This document shows positions 40,117 to 51,257 of a stretch of 64,000 nucleotides of DNA, in pieces. This DNA is from Thermodesulfobacteriota bacterium (lineage in GTDB: Bacteria; Desulfobacterota_D; UBA1144; Nemesobacterales; Mycalebacteriaceae): NCBI GenBank assembly GCA_965205855.1, contig OZ242184.1:1312001-1376000 (forward strand), read 5' to 3'. The notes under the pieces were generated by a model. That model was not told the origin of the DNA, made no database searches, and was given only the letters and a program-made list of their open reading frames with translations. The position numbers and the translations under genes were made by a program. The number at the start of each line of letters is the position of its first letter. The first letter of the stretch is position 1.

Positions 40117-41067
40117 ATGATAACCTGTCTCGGAGGCGGAGTCGGAGCTGGAAAATTTCTCAAAGGTCTGTCTCTGCGGATGCGCAACCGCGACCCTTCG
40201 GAAAAGCTTTCCGTTATCGTCAACAGCGCGGACGACATAAAACTGTTCGGGCTTCACATATCCCCCGACATAGACACGATAATTTACTGGCTTTGCGGAA
40301 TAGTGGACAAAAAAAAAGGCTGGGGAATCAAGGACGACACATTCAACTTCATGGACGCAGTTTCCACCCTCGGAGGGGAGGACTGGTTCAGGATAGGCGA
40401 CCGAGACCTCGCGACCCATGTTGCGAGAACCATGATGACAGCGCGCGGACTCACGCCCTCGGAGGCGGCGCGGGAGATTTCCCGCAAGCTCGGAGCCGCG
40501 GACAAAGCCGATATAATGCCGATGACCGACTGCGATGTGGAAACCTGGGTGCGCACCAGACAGGGGGAAATGCATTTTCAGCAATACTATGTCCAAAAGC
40601 GCATGGAGCCTGAGGTTTATGAAATCAACTTCCGAGGAATGGAGTCCGCGACTCCGGCTCCGGGAGTGCTTGAGTCAATAGCGGAGGCGGACACAATAGT
40701 GCTGTGTCCGAGCAACCCGGTAATAAGCATCGGCCCTATCCTGGAGGTTCCCGGCTTAAGGGATGCTCTTGTCCAATCAAAGGGAACAGTCGCCGGAGTA
40801 AGCCCGCTCATAGGGGGAAAACCGCTGAAAGGACCCGCCGACCGCCTTATGAAAGCCCTCGGACTTGAGGTTTCCTCGTTTCAGGTAGCAAAGATGTATT
40901 CGGACTTCCTCAACCTCATGGTGATAGACAACAGCGACAGCGCCGAAGCGGCGCAAATAGAGTCTCTCGGAATTGAGACTCTTGTTACGAACACGTTGAT
41001 TTCAAGCACGGAAAGGGCTGGCACGCTCGCGGACGAAGTGCTTGAAAAAGTTGATATTCTCCGTTAG
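40117..41067 (+). CDS. cofD: 2-phospho-L-lactate transferase (F420 biosynthesis)
   Basis: LGGGVG-KFL-GL, ISPDIDT, WFRIGDRDLATH, HFQQY, PSNPVISIGPIL, KGPA. Confidence 0.93.
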   Translation: MITCLGGGVGAGKFLKGLSLRMRNRDPSEKLSVIVNSADDIKLFGLHISPDIDTIIYWLCGIVDKKKGWGIKDDTFNFMDAVSTLGGEDWFRIGDRDLATHVARTMMTARGLTPSEAAREISRKLGAADKADIMPMTDCDVETWVRTRQGEMHFQQYYVQKRMEPEVYEINFRGMESATPAPGVLESIAEADTIVLCPSNPVISIGPILEVPGLRDALVQSKGTVAGVSPLIGGKPLKGPADRLMKALGLEVSSFQVAKMYSDFLNLMVIDNSDSAEAAQIESLGIETLVTNTLISSTERAGTLADEVLEKVDILR

Positions 41068-41102
41068 TCTCATACTGACCGTTTCAAGGCAAAGGGAGCT
41101 CC

Positions 41103-41522
41103 ATGCAAGTAAGTAAAACTCTTGATTACGCGATAAGGTCATTGACCTATCTGGGTAACAATCCGAGCAGAAAATGCGGGATGAAAGAAATTTCCGAAAA
41201 CCAGCGCATACCGGACAAATATCTGGCAAAAATACTGGGACGCCTTGTAAAAAGCGGAATTGTGCGCTCGGAGCGCGGGCCCTCGGGCGGATACATGCTC
41301 TCCAGAGAGGCTTCCACGCTGAATCTCAGAAACGTCTATGAAGCGATTGAGGGAGACATACACATAATTGACTGCATGAATGAGGAAGGCCCCTGCGCAC
41401 TTTACGAAAACTGCACCCAGCTCGCCGTCTGGGACAAGCTTCAGATGGCGATAATAAAAACTCTGGAAAAGGTAAGTCTTGAGAGCCTGACGGGCAAACG
41501 GGGAGCGAAAGATGAGCATTGA
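41103..41522 (+). CDS. Rrf2-family Fe-S transcriptional regulator
   Basis: DYAIR, S-RG-GGY-L, three Cys (C-x6-C-x5-C); first gene before sufB. Confidence 0.92.
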   Translation: MQVSKTLDYAIRSLTYLGNNPSRKCGMKEISENQRIPDKYLAKILGRLVKSGIVRSERGPSGGYMLSREASTLNLRNVYEAIEGDIHIIDCMNEEGPCALYENCTQLAVWDKLQMAIIKTLEKVSLESLTGKRGAKDEH

Positions 41523-42963
41523 CTTTGAAGAGCTTGCGAAACAGGAATACAAATACGGCTTTTCAACCAATGTTGAACAGGATATCGCGCCAAAAGGGCT
41601 CGGCGAAAATATCATCCGCTTTATATCGGGGAAAAAGGAAGAGCCGGAGTGGATGCTGGAATGGAGGCTGAAAGCCTACGAGCGATGGCTCTCAATGAAA
41701 GAGCCGAGATGGGCGAATGTGAAATATCAGCCGATAGACTACAACAACATAAGCTACTACGCAGCGCCCAAGAGCGGAGACGCGCCCAAGAGTCTTGACG
41801 AAATAGACCCTGAAATATTAAAAACATACGAAAAACTCGGCATACCGATTGAAGAACAGAAAATGCTCGCGGGCGTAAAATCCGACACGGTTGCCGTGGA
41901 CGCCGTTTTTGACAGCGTTTCGCTTGTAACAACCTTCAAGGAAAAACTCGCCGAAGAAGGCGTGATATTCTGCTCAATTTCCGAAGCCATACGCGAGCAT
42001 CCCGAACTTGTGAAAAAATACATCGGCTCGGTTGTTCCGCATTCGGACAACTTTTTTGCGGCTCTGAACTCTGCGGTCTTCAGCGACGGTTCCTTCGTTT
42101 ATGTGCCCGAGGGCGTGCGTTGCCCGATGGAACTGTCTACGTATTTCAGAATCAATGCGGAAAATACGGGACAGTTTGAAAGAACGCTCATAATCGCCGA
42201 CAAGGGAAGTTACGTAAGCTACCTTGAGGGATGCACCGCGCCGATGAGGGACGAAAACCAGCTTCATGCGGCGGTTGTCGAACTTGTGGCTCTTGATGAT
42301 GCGACCATAAAATACTCCACAATCCAGAACTGGTATCCTGGAGACAACGAAGGCAAAGGCGGTATCTACAATTTTGTCACAAAACGCGGAAGGTGCGCCG
42401 GAAACGGCTCTCACATATCCTGGACTCAGGTGGAAACAGGATCAGCAATAACATGGAAATACCCCGGGTGCATACTTGAGGGAGACAACTCGGTCGGAGA
42501 GTTCTACTCAGTCGCACTGGCAAACAGAATGCAACAGGCGGACACTGGAACAAAAATGGTGCATATAGGCAAAAACACAAGTAGCACAATTATTTCAAAA
42601 GGCATCTCCGCGGGCAAGGGGCAAAACACCTACAGAGGGCTTGTTAACATAGGAAAATCCGCTTCGGGTTCGCGCAACTACACTCAATGCGACTCAATGC
42701 TGATAGGGGACTTGTGCGGAGCGCACACTTTTCCGTATATTGAAGTAAAAAACTCAACCGCTCATATGGAGCATGAGGCTTCCACCTCAAAAATCGGGGA
42801 AGACCAGATATTCTACTGCCAGCAAAGGGGGCTGTCCGCCGAGGATGCCGTCTCGCTGATTGTAAACGGATTCTGCAAGGAAGTTTTCAAGGAATTGCCT
42901 TTTGAGTTCGCGGTTGAGGCGGAAAAACTCTTGAGCGTAAGCCTTGAGGGCAGTGTCGGCTGA
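41512..42963 (+). CDS. sufB: Fe-S cluster assembly scaffold
   Basis: [30 protein letters not shown]. Confidence 0.97.
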   Translation: MSIDFEELAKQEYKYGFSTNVEQDIAPKGLGENIIRFISGKKEEPEWMLEWRLKAYERWLSMKEPRWANVKYQPIDYNNISYYAAPKSGDAPKSLDEIDPEILKTYEKLGIPIEEQKMLAGVKSDTVAVDAVFDSVSLVTTFKEKLAEEGVIFCSISEAIREHPELVKKYIGSVVPHSDNFFAALNSAVFSDGSFVYVPEGVRCPMELSTYFRINAENTGQFERTLIIADKGSYVSYLEGCTAPMRDENQLHAAVVELVALDDATIKYSTIQNWYPGDNEGKGGIYNFVTKRGRCAGNGSHISWTQVETGSAITWKYPGCILEGDNSVGEFYSVALANRMQQADTGTKMVHIGKNTSSTIISKGISAGKGQNTYRGLVNIGKSASGSRNYTQCDSMLIGDLCGAHTFPYIEVKNSTAHMEHEASTSKIGEDQIFYCQQRGLSAEDAVSLIVNGFCKEVFKELPFEFAVEAEKLLSVSLEGSVG

Positions 42964-42999
42964 CTTTGCTGGCGGCTTAAATTTCACGGGAGAAAAAAA

Positions 43000-43746
43000 A
43001 TGCTTGAAATAAAAAATCTGCATGCCGGAGTTGATGGCAAAAAAATACTGAAAGGGCTGAACCTGAAAATAGGCGCGGGAGAGGTTCACTCAATCATGGG
43101 TCCGAACGGTTCGGGTAAAAGCACCCTTTCTCAGATCCTTTCCGGAAAAGACACCTACGAGGTTACCGAAGGCAAGGTCGGGTTTGACGGCGAAGACCTG
43201 TTTAAAATGGAACCCGAAGAGCGCGCCGCGGCGGGAGTTTTCATGGCGTTTCAGTATCCGATTGAGATACCGGGAGTATCCAACTCGTACCTTCTCAGGG
43301 AGGGGCTTAACTCCATCAGGAAAAAACGCGAGCTGAAACCGGTAAAGCATGTGGAGTTTTCTAAACTCGCCAGAGAAAAAATGAAAAATCTGGGCATAGA
43401 CGATTCGTTTCTTTCGCGTCCAGTCAACGAAGGTTTTTCAGGCGGAGAGAAAAAAAGGAACGAGATATTTCAGATGCAAATCCTTGAGCCGAAACTCGCC
43501 ATACTGGATGAGACCGATTCGGGGCTTGACATAGACGCCTTGAAAATCGTGGCTCAAGGGGTGAACTCAATGAGGTCCGGAGACAGGTCTTTTATCATCA
43601 TAACCCACTATCAGCGGCTTCTTGAATATATTGTGCCTGATTTCGTCCATGTAATGTCGGAAGGCAGGATAGTGAAATCCGGCGGCAAAGAGCTCGCCCT
43701 TGAACTTGAAAGCAAGGGCTACGGCTGGATTGAAAAATCCGCGTAA
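43000..43746 (+). CDS. sufC: Fe-S assembly ATPase
   Basis: [33 protein letters not shown]. Confidence 0.97.
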   Translation: MLEIKNLHAGVDGKKILKGLNLKIGAGEVHSIMGPNGSGKSTLSQILSGKDTYEVTEGKVGFDGEDLFKMEPEERAAAGVFMAFQYPIEIPGVSNSYLLREGLNSIRKKRELKPVKHVEFSKLAREKMKNLGIDDSFLSRPVNEGFSGGEKKRNEIFQMQILEPKLAILDETDSGLDIDALKIVAQGVNSMRSGDRSFIIITHYQRLLEYIVPDFVHVMSEGRIVKSGGKELALELESKGYGWIEKSA

Positions 43747-43769
43747 GGCCTCATAAAACCGGAGAAAAT

Positions 43770-45092
43770 ATGTCATCGAAAAAAAATAAAAACGGCACTC
43801 ACAACTTCATGAAATTGTGCGGTTCCGCAAAAGGCACAGGGCTGCCTCTTTTTGACGATATAAGGGAAAACGCCGCGAAAGCGCTTTCTAAACTGGAGTT
43901 TCCGACCGTGCGGCATGAAGACTGGAGGTTCACAAACCTTGCTCCGGTCGCGGCGGGTTCGTATGCGCTTGCCGGAAAAAATACCGGCATAATGCAAAAA
44001 GACTTTGCGGACTCCATTATTGACGGGCTTGGCGGTCCCGCGCTTGTCTTTGTCAACGGTGTCTTCGCACCCGAACTTTCAAATCCCCCGGACAACCGAG
44101 CAATGCCACTTGTGTGCCCGCTTTCCAAAGCCGGAAAAACCCATCCGGAAAAAACAGCGGCCCATCTCGGAAAACTGTCCGACTGCGAAAACGAATTTTT
44201 CACCGCGCTTAACACGGCGCTTTTTGAAGACGGGGCTTTTGTTTTCATTCCCGAAAAAACTGAAGACAAAACTCCGATCTATATTGTTTATGTAACCGAC
44301 TGCAGAGATGCCTCGCGAGTATGCAGTCCCAGAAATCTTATAATAGCGGAAAACAACTGTTCGGCGAGAATCGTTGAGCATTACATCTCAATCGGAGACG
44401 GCAATTGCCTTTCAAACACCCTGACCGAGGTTTCAATCGGCGCGGGTAGCACAGTTGAGCACTACATGCTTGAGTTTGAAAGTAAGGGCGGAGTCAACAT
44501 CTCAACGCTGAACCTGCTTCAGGAAAAAGACTCCAACGCGCTTTCCCATTCCGTTCTGCACGGCGGCGCCATTGTGAGAAACAACGTTCATCCAAAACTT
44601 GCCGGACGGGGATGTAACTCTCTCATAAACGGTCTTTTTATGCCGACCGGGCGGCAGCACATGGACAACTTTATGAAGGTGGAACACGCCGCTCCGCACT
44701 GCGACAGCCGTCAGCTTTACAACGGTGTTCTGAACGAAATGGGACGCGGGGTTTTTCACGGCAGAATCATAGTTCACGAAGGCGCGGTCAAAACGGACGC
44801 GAAGCAGACAAACCGCAATCTGTTGCTTTCAGACAAGGCTCAGATAGACACAAAACCCCAGCTTGAAATCTACAACGATGATGTCAAATGCACTCACGGA
44901 GCGACCATCGGACAAATGGACGAAGACGCCGTTTTCTATCTGCGTTCGCGCGGAATACCCGAAGCGGAGGCGCGCGCGGTAATTCTGAGGGGATTCACGG
45001 CGGAGAGTTTTGCTCTTATGACCGTTGAGCCCGTGCGCGACTTTCTTGACAAGAAATCCGAACAATGGTTTGACACCGCGCTCGGAAGCTGA
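43770..45092 (+). CDS. sufD: Fe-S assembly protein
   Basis: EDWRFT, KPQLEI, DDVKCTHGAT, FYLRSRGI. Confidence 0.95.
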   Translation: MSSKKNKNGTHNFMKLCGSAKGTGLPLFDDIRENAAKALSKLEFPTVRHEDWRFTNLAPVAAGSYALAGKNTGIMQKDFADSIIDGLGGPALVFVNGVFAPELSNPPDNRAMPLVCPLSKAGKTHPEKTAAHLGKLSDCENEFFTALNTALFEDGAFVFIPEKTEDKTPIYIVYVTDCRDASRVCSPRNLIIAENNCSARIVEHYISIGDGNCLSNTLTEVSIGAGSTVEHYMLEFESKGGVNISTLNLLQEKDSNALSHSVLHGGAIVRNNVHPKLAGRGCNSLINGLFMPTGRQHMDNFMKVEHAAPHCDSRQLYNGVLNEMGRGVFHGRIIVHEGAVKTDAKQTNRNLLLSDKAQIDTKPQLEIYNDDVKCTHGATIGQMDEDAVFYLRSRGIPEAEARAVILRGFTAESFALMTVEPVRDFLDKKSEQWFDTALGS

Positions 45093-45100
45093 AGGCATTT

Positions 45101-45406
45101 ATGAAAAAGGTTACAAAAACCTCTGAAATCGCCCCCGGCGAAATAAAACCCTTCACGGTCGGGTTTGACACGATTGCCATCTGCAACATCGGCGGAAAGT
45201 TCTACGCCTTCCGCGACCAGTGCAGCCATCAGGAGCTTCCCCTTTCGGACGGGGAAATTAACGGAGAGGTTGTAACTTGCGCTTATCACGGAGCCGAGTT
45301 CAATGTGCGAACCGGCGAAGCGCTTTGTATGCCGGCTTACGAGCCGATAGAGATATTTAAGGTTAAAGTGAAAGGGGATGAGATTTTTGTGATGATGGGT
45401 GATTGA
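45101..45406 (+). CDS. Rieske [2Fe-2S] ferredoxin
   Basis: CSH...CAYHG. Confidence 0.93.
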   Translation: MKKVTKTSEIAPGEIKPFTVGFDTIAICNIGGKFYAFRDQCSHQELPLSDGEINGEVVTCAYHGAEFNVRTGEALCMPAYEPIEIFKVKVKGDEIFVMMGD

Positions 45407-45679
45407 GACATCCGGGTTAAAAAACCTTGTATTTTAATTTTGTTTTCAATACCCCTGTACGCTCCCGCAGTTACAATTGTTAGATGCGCAGATTCACTGC
45501 ACTTTTTGTTAATTCATTACACTCCCAAAATTCTACTGCACTATGAATTAAGTGTTTATATGTGCGTATGTAATACAACGTTTTATTTATATTTCGTTTT
45601 GTATCCAATACGCGAGCTAACCGTCATCAGAGCGTAGAGTAGCAGAAAACCTTAGTTTTCGTCTTTCAGTACTGAAAAA

Positions 45680-46141
45680 CTAACCCTTAATCAACCCTTC
45701 GGGCGCTTTTGACATATCAACCGCGCCGAAGTTTGTGGCGAAAGTCCAGAGGTAACCATCGGGGTCTTTGAAATCCGCCACACGGTCTCCCCAGAACATA
45801 TCTGCCGGCTCCCTGAGAACAGTTGCGCCGTTTGCACGGGCGTTTTCGGTAAAAGCGTCAATATCCGCGCAATACAGATAGAAAATTACGGGCATCGGGT
45901 TTTTTGTTGTCGCGGGAGATTTCATATCGGACATCTCCGCGTTTTCAGGACTGAACATCACAACGGGCCTGCCTTCAAAAAGCATGGCAACATGAACGGG
46001 CTTTCCCTCGCTGTTCTTTAATATCTCGTCTCCGCAAATTTTGAACCCGAAGGCGTTTTTGTAGAAACTGATTGATTTTTCGGCATCCTGCACGGTGAGA
46101 CACGATGTCATATTTCCGTTTTCCCTTCCGGAAAGCGGCAT
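45680..46141 (-). CDS. VOC/glyoxalase family protein (PhnB-like)
   Basis: FYKNAFG, MFWGDR, DPDGY-W. Confidence 0.9.
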   Translation of the reverse strand: MPLSGRENGNMTSCLTVQDAEKSISFYKNAFGFKICGDEILKNSEGKPVHVAMLFEGRPVVMFSPENAEMSDMKSPATTKNPMPVIFYLYCADIDAFTENARANGATVLREPADMFWGDRVADFKDPDGYLWTFATNFGAVDMSKAPEGLIKG

Positions 46142-46142
46142 A

Positions 46143-47474
46143 TCAGGAATTCATTCCGCTGAGAAATTCTTTGTTGTTTTTTGTGCCGCGCATCTTGTCC
46201 AGAAGGAACTCCATCGCCTCAATAGTGTTCATCGGGTTAAGCACTTTGCGCAACAACCAGACCCTTGTGAGCTCCTCTTCGCTGAGTAGCAACTCCTCTT
46301 TTCTTGTGCCAGAGCGCTGAAGCTCAAAGGCGGGGAAACTCCGTCTGTCGGCAAGCTTTCTGTCAAGATAGCATTCCATGTTGCCGGTTCCCTTGAACTC
46401 CTCAAAAATCACTTCGTCCATCCTGCTTCCGGTGTCTATAAGCGCGGTGGCAACGATCGTAAGACTTCCGCCCTGTTCGGTGTTTCTCGCCGCTCCGAAA
46501 AATCTTTTGGGCCTCTGAAGCGCATTCGCTTCAATTCCTCCCGACAAAACCCTTCCGCTCGCGGGAGTTACCGTGTTGCTTGCGCGCGCAAGCCGTGTGA
46601 GACTGTCAAGAAGCACAACCACATCCTTGCCCTGTTCAACATAACGCTTTGCCTTTTCAAGTACCATGTCCGCAACCTGAACATGCCGTTTGGGCGGTTC
46701 GTCAAAGGTTGAACTGACAACCTCGCCGACAACCGACCTCTCCATATCGGTAACCTCTTCCGGACGCTCGTCTATGAGCAGAACTATAAGCTGAACATCG
46801 GGATGATTTTCCGTGATTCCGTTTGCTATCCTTTGAAGAAGCATGGTCTTTCCCGTTCTCGGCGGCGCGACAATCATGGCCCTCTGGCCAAGCCCTATGG
46901 GAACAAAAAGGTTCAAAATTCTGGTGCTGAATTCTTTCGCTTCGTATTCAAGGTTCAGCTTCTTTTCCGGATACAGGGGAACAAGATTTTCAAAGGGCAC
47001 TCTTTCGTTGGATTCGGCAGGATCTCCGCCGTTGACCGACTCTATTTTCAGAAGCGCAAGGTTCTTCTCGCCAGCTCTGGGAAGCCGTACCTGACCGCTG
47101 ACGGTATCTCCGGTTTTAAGGCTGACCGAGCGAATCTGCGATTTTGAAACATATACATCGTCCGGCCCGAAGAGGTAACTGTTCTTCGGAGACCTCAAAA
47201 ACCCGTATCCTTCGGACAGGATTTCAAGAACCCCGTCGGCCTGAATCAATCCGTCTTCCCGCGTGCTGCCAGCTCGCATAATTGAGTAAATCAAATCCTG
47301 ACGCGACATTACAGTCGTGTCTTTAATGCCGGCTTCGGCGGCAAGGCTCGCAAGCTCGCTGTTGGCTTTTTGTCTGAGTATCTCCAGATTCAAAACTTCA
47401 CCATCCAGAGAGCCGTTTCCGCCTCTCCTTGGCTTGCGGGGAGTTTCGTCCGTCTGTTCGCTGTTTTGTGACAT
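46143..47474 (-). CDS. rho: Transcription termination factor Rho
   Basis: [32 protein letters not shown]. Confidence 0.98.
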   Translation of the reverse strand: MSQNSEQTDETPRKPRRGGNGSLDGEVLNLEILRQKANSELASLAAEAGIKDTTVMSRQDLIYSIMRAGSTREDGLIQADGVLEILSEGYGFLRSPKNSYLFGPDDVYVSKSQIRSVSLKTGDTVSGQVRLPRAGEKNLALLKIESVNGGDPAESNERVPFENLVPLYPEKKLNLEYEAKEFSTRILNLFVPIGLGQRAMIVAPPRTGKTMLLQRIANGITENHPDVQLIVLLIDERPEEVTDMERSVVGEVVSSTFDEPPKRHVQVADMVLEKAKRYVEQGKDVVVLLDSLTRLARASNTVTPASGRVLSGGIEANALQRPKRFFGAARNTEQGGSLTIVATALIDTGSRMDEVIFEEFKGTGNMECYLDRKLADRRSFPAFELQRSGTRKEELLLSEEELTRVWLLRKVLNPMNTIEAMEFLLDKMRGTKNNKEFLSGMNS

Positions 47475-47629
47475 AAACTAAATCGGAAAATATGTTGAAG
47501 AGCCGTAAAGGCAACTTGAAAAAACTCCGTTACAAAATCCCGCGACTACTCTTTTGTTTGAACAATTAGCCACCCGCATCATGGGAAGGCAAAACGGAAA
47601 ATGGTTCAGGAATTCTCTAACTTGTTTAT

Positions 47630-47658
47630 AACATATAACCACAAGTGCGGAATGTCAA
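47630..47658 (-). promoter_or_regulatory. sigma70 promoter for rho
   Basis: TTGACA-N17-TATGTT. Confidence 0.65.
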
Positions 47659-47713
47659 GAAAGGAAAACCTGAAATTAATTCCCGGCGTAGGCAGCGGGG
47701 CGTGACTCCCTCC

Positions 47714-47742
47714 TTGCCAAAGCCCCGCCTCTGTCTTACAAT
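47714..47742 (+). promoter_or_regulatory. sigma70 promoter for yebC-ruvCAB
   Basis: TTGCCA-N17-TACAAT; GGAGG SD before ATG 47799. Confidence 0.65.
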
Positions 47743-47798
47743 AACTTGGGTTAATTCCCGCTTTCACGGAGCGAAATCAGTAACGGAGGCTGCAAAAT

Positions 47799-48551
47799 AT
47801 GGCCGGCCATTCAAAATGGGCTAACATCAAACACAGAAAAGCCGCCGTTGACGCCAAGCGCGGAAAGGTTTTCACAAAGGTTATACGGGAACTCACTGTC
47901 GCGGCGCGGCATGGCGGCGGAGATGTGGATTCAAACCCGCGCCTGCGCACCGCGATCGCATTTGCAAAAAACAACAATATGCCCGGAGACACAATCGAAA
48001 GGGCAATTAAACGCGGCACCGGAGAGATTGAGGGCTCGGACTTTCAGGAGGTCTTCTACGAAGGCTACGGGCCCGGCGGAAGTGCGGTCTATGTTCAGAC
48101 GCTTACTGACAACAAAAACCGTACCGTCTCCGATATAAGGCACATATTCTCCAAACACGGAGGAAATCTCGGCGAAAACGGATGCGTCGCATGGATGTTC
48201 GACATGAAAGGCAGAATTGACTTTTCAAAGGACGCCGATGAGGAAAAAATTTTTGACGTCGCCATTGAAGCGGGCGCGGAGGATGTTCTCAACGAAGACG
48301 GCGCCGCCTCGGTGATAACACCGGTTGAATTTTTCGAGGAAGTGAAAAACGCCCTTAACAACACGGGTTTCAACTGTGAGGCCGCGGAGATAACGATGAT
48401 TCCGCAAAACAGCGTCAGGATAGAAGGAAAGGAAGCGAACAAAATGATACAGCTTGTTGAAATGCTTGAAGACAGCGACGATGTGCAGAATGTCTACGCG
48501 AATTTTGACATAGACGAGGAGTTGCTTGAAGAATTGAGCAACCAGACTTAA
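47799..48551 (+). CDS. yebC: YebC/PmpR family protein
   Basis: [36 protein letters not shown]. Confidence 0.97.
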   Translation: MAGHSKWANIKHRKAAVDAKRGKVFTKVIRELTVAARHGGGDVDSNPRLRTAIAFAKNNNMPGDTIERAIKRGTGEIEGSDFQEVFYEGYGPGGSAVYVQTLTDNKNRTVSDIRHIFSKHGGNLGENGCVAWMFDMKGRIDFSKDADEEKIFDVAIEAGAEDVLNEDGAASVITPVEFFEEVKNALNNTGFNCEAAEITMIPQNSVRIEGKEANKMIQLVEMLEDSDDVQNVYANFDIDEELLEELSNQT

Positions 48552-49111
48552 TGAGGGTCATAGGAATTGACCCGGGCTCAAAAGTCTGCGGATACGGGAT
48601 TGTAGAGCAAGAGGGAACAGAGCTGCAATTTATAGAGAGCGGCGTGATATGCCCGAAGGCGCTGTTGTCGATTCATAAAAGACTTTATTTGATAAGCGAG
48701 GGAATCTCACTAAAAATTCAACAGTTCGCTCCGACATGCATGGCAATAGAAAAAGTGTTTGTGGCAAAAAATTCAAAATCCGCCCTGCACCTCGGACAGG
48801 CGCGCGGAGCGTTACTGACAATAGCGGGCGGACTGGAAATGGAAGTGCATGAATACTCTTCCACAACCGTAAAAAAAACCGTTACCGGAAACGGAAGGGC
48901 TTCAAAAGAGGAAATGCAGAAGATAGTTTCAATGATTATCGGCAAAAAAACCTTTGAAAGCTCGGACGAATCCGATGCGATTGCAATCGCCGTCTGCCAC
49001 ATTAACAATGTAAAAAACAGCGCGAAAATTCCCTGTCTTCCCACAAGAAAAACCACGCGAAGGAGGCGTTTCAGGCTGGATGATTTCACTGCTGAAAGGA
49101 AAAATTTTTAG
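48551..49111 (+). CDS. ruvC: Holliday junction resolvase
   Basis: IGIDPG, AIE, LGQARG, DESDAIAIA-CH. Confidence 0.96.
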   Translation: MRVIGIDPGSKVCGYGIVEQEGTELQFIESGVICPKALLSIHKRLYLISEGISLKIQQFAPTCMAIEKVFVAKNSKSALHLGQARGALLTIAGGLEMEVHEYSSTTVKKTVTGNGRASKEEMQKIVSMIIGKKTFESSDESDAIAIAVCHINNVKNSAKIPCLPTRKTTRRRRFRLDDFTAERKNF

Positions 49112-49676
49112 AAAATCACAGGAGCTGACTGTAATTGAAACCGGTGAGGGTGTGGGATACGGAGTTGTTGTGTCCTCACAGACCTACGGCAAACTACCCG
49201 ATGAAGGCGGGAACACCGAACTCATCATACACACCAACCTCTCCATAAATTCAAGGGAGGGAAACCTTGAACTGTTCGGCTTTTACGAACCGGACGAGGA
49301 AAATATGTTCAAAAAACTCATCGGCATAGCGGGTATAGGCCCGCGAGCCGCGATTAAAATACTCTCCGCCATTTCCGCCACAGACCTCGCCGAAGCCATA
49401 GTTAAGGGCAATCTGGACAAAAAAAAGATTCCCGGCATGGGACAGAAAAGGGCTTTGGCAATTATGAACGAACTCAAAGGAAAGGTGTTCTCATTGAGAG
49501 AAGCGGCGGCTCCTTCAAAAGAGACGGACGAGGAAAACATCATTTCCGCGCTTAAAAACTACGGGTTCAAAAATCCGGAGATAGAGAGCGCGATGAAAGA
49601 AATCCGGGAAATAGCAAATTCCGCAGACAGTATTGAAACCGCCGTTAAAAAGGTTTTAAGTATCATGAAAAAATAA
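49080..49676 (+). CDS. ruvA: Holliday junction branch migration protein
   Basis: GVGY, LFGF, GIGPR-A-ILS, IPGMG. Confidence 0.93.
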   Translation: MISLLKGKIFRKSQELTVIETGEGVGYGVVVSSQTYGKLPDEGGNTELIIHTNLSINSREGNLELFGFYEPDEENMFKKLIGIAGIGPRAAIKILSAISATDLAEAIVKGNLDKKKIPGMGQKRALAIMNELKGKVFSLREAAAPSKETDEENIISALKNYGFKNPEIESAMKEIREIANSADSIETAVKKVLSIMKK

Positions 49677-49698
49677 ATCGGCGGTTTTTCCCGAGAAA

Positions 49699-50733
49699 AT
49701 GAACAAAGAACAGACAGAAAGAATTATAAGTCCGCAAACCATATCGGATGACGAAACCACCCCGGAAAACGAGGAAAAACTCCGTCCCGAAGTCCTTGGT
49801 GATTTTCTTGGGCAGGAAAAAACAAAGGAAAGGATTGGAATCTTTATAGAAGCGGCGAAAAAAAGAAAAGCCGCCGCGGACCATCTGCTACTTTCCGGCC
49901 CCCCGGGGCTTGGCAAAACCACCCTAGCGCGCATTGTGGCTTCCGAGCTGGGAGCAAAACTTCACCAGACTTCCGGCCCCGTGCTGGAAAGAACGGGAGA
50001 CCTCGCCGCCATTCTCACGGGACTCGGCGAAAGGGACGTGTTTTTCATAGATGAAATACACAGAACAAACAGAGTTGTTGAGGAGTATATGTATTCCGCT
50101 ATGGAAGATTTCAGCATAGATCTGTTAATTGGGGAAGGCCCTTCGGCAAGGGCAATGAAGATCAATCTGGATAAATTCACCCTTGTCGGGGCAACTACAC
50201 GCACGGGTCTTATCACATCGCCGCTTCGTTCGCGCTTCGGAATGGAACTGAGGATTGAATACTACTCCGAAAAGGAAATAGAGAGGATAATCGTGCGCTC
50301 GGCAAAGATAATGAAAGTGGAGATAACCTCGGAAGCCGCCGGAGAAATCGCCTCAAGATCGCGCGGAACCCCGCGTGTGGCAAACAGGCTGCTGCGAAGG
50401 GCAAGGGATTACACGGAAGTAAGATCGGACGGGAAAATAAGCATCAAAGAGGCGAAGGAATGCCTTGCAATGCTTGAAATTGACGGCTTCGGGTTAGACG
50501 GGCTGGACAGAGCCATACTTGAGACAATCATCCTGAAATTCGGCGGTGGCCCGGTCGGGATTGAGACAATAGCGGCATCGGTTAGTGAAGACAAAGACAC
50601 AGTTGAACAGGTTTATGAACCCTTCCTTTTAAGGCAGGGACTTTTGGAAAAAACACCCAAGGGAAGAAAAGCCTCCCCTCTCGCGTATGAGCATCTTGGA
50701 ATGAAAAAACCGGGCGGCGGAACGCTTTTGTAG
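49699..50733 (+). CDS. ruvB: Holliday junction helicase
   Basis: GPPGLGKTT, FIDEIHR, GATTR, RGTPR. Confidence 0.98.
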   Translation: MNKEQTERIISPQTISDDETTPENEEKLRPEVLGDFLGQEKTKERIGIFIEAAKKRKAAADHLLLSGPPGLGKTTLARIVASELGAKLHQTSGPVLERTGDLAAILTGLGERDVFFIDEIHRTNRVVEEYMYSAMEDFSIDLLIGEGPSARAMKINLDKFTLVGATTRTGLITSPLRSRFGMELRIEYYSEKEIERIIVRSAKIMKVEITSEAAGEIASRSRGTPRVANRLLRRARDYTEVRSDGKISIKEAKECLAMLEIDGFGLDGLDRAILETIILKFGGGPVGIETIAASVSEDKDTVEQVYEPFLLRQGLLEKTPKGRKASPLAYEHLGMKKPGGGTLL

Positions 50734-50744
50734 AAAAGGCAAAC

Positions 50745-51176
50745 TCAGTCTTTCAGCGGAATTTCCCTTATGAATTCGTCCCAATGTCTGTCGTTTCTGT
50801 GGAGTACATCCACTCTTTTGCGCACCCCTTTATAACCGCCTTCTCCGGGGAAAAGACTTTCAAAAACCCTGTCACGCACCCTGAGCCATATGTCAACCGC
50901 TTCGTAATTTGTAAAACGTACAACGGTTTTGAAAGTCCAAACCGGGTCTTTTGTGTGAAGACGCTGAGAAAACATTCTGTATTTGCCCTTTATGATCTCC
51001 ATCCTGCGCATCTCTTCCCAGAACGGGAAAAGACGGGTTTTGTAAATCGCCAGAAACTCTTCCCTGTTCTCCGACGCGACCACATAGAAACTTTCCTCAA
51101 TAACCGGCGACTTGTTCTGTGCGTGCGCGTCCGCACAAACGAAAAAAACCAGCAACAACAGGGCAATTTGTTTCAT
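50745..51176 (-). CDS. Hypothetical secreted protein
   Basis: GGAGG SD; signal peptide MKQIALLL...AHA. Confidence 0.75.
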   Translation of the reverse strand: MKQIALLLLVFFVCADAHAQNKSPVIEESFYVVASENREEFLAIYKTRLFPFWEEMRRMEIIKGKYRMFSQRLHTKDPVWTFKTVVRFTNYEAVDIWLRVRDRVFESLFPGEGGYKGVRKRVDVLHRNDRHWDEFIREIPLKD

Positions 51177-51257
51177 AGTCCGCCTCCGGGTTTTTACGCC
51201 CGCAGATAATAGTGTAAATTGCTTGGCAAGGCACTTCAAATCGCCCCACCCCCGACA

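Noticed and set aside
45440-45637. 65-aa ORF, or a dif/oriC site, in the AT-rich spacer
   Set aside because: No SD or motif; no XerC/D consensus or DnaA boxes recognised
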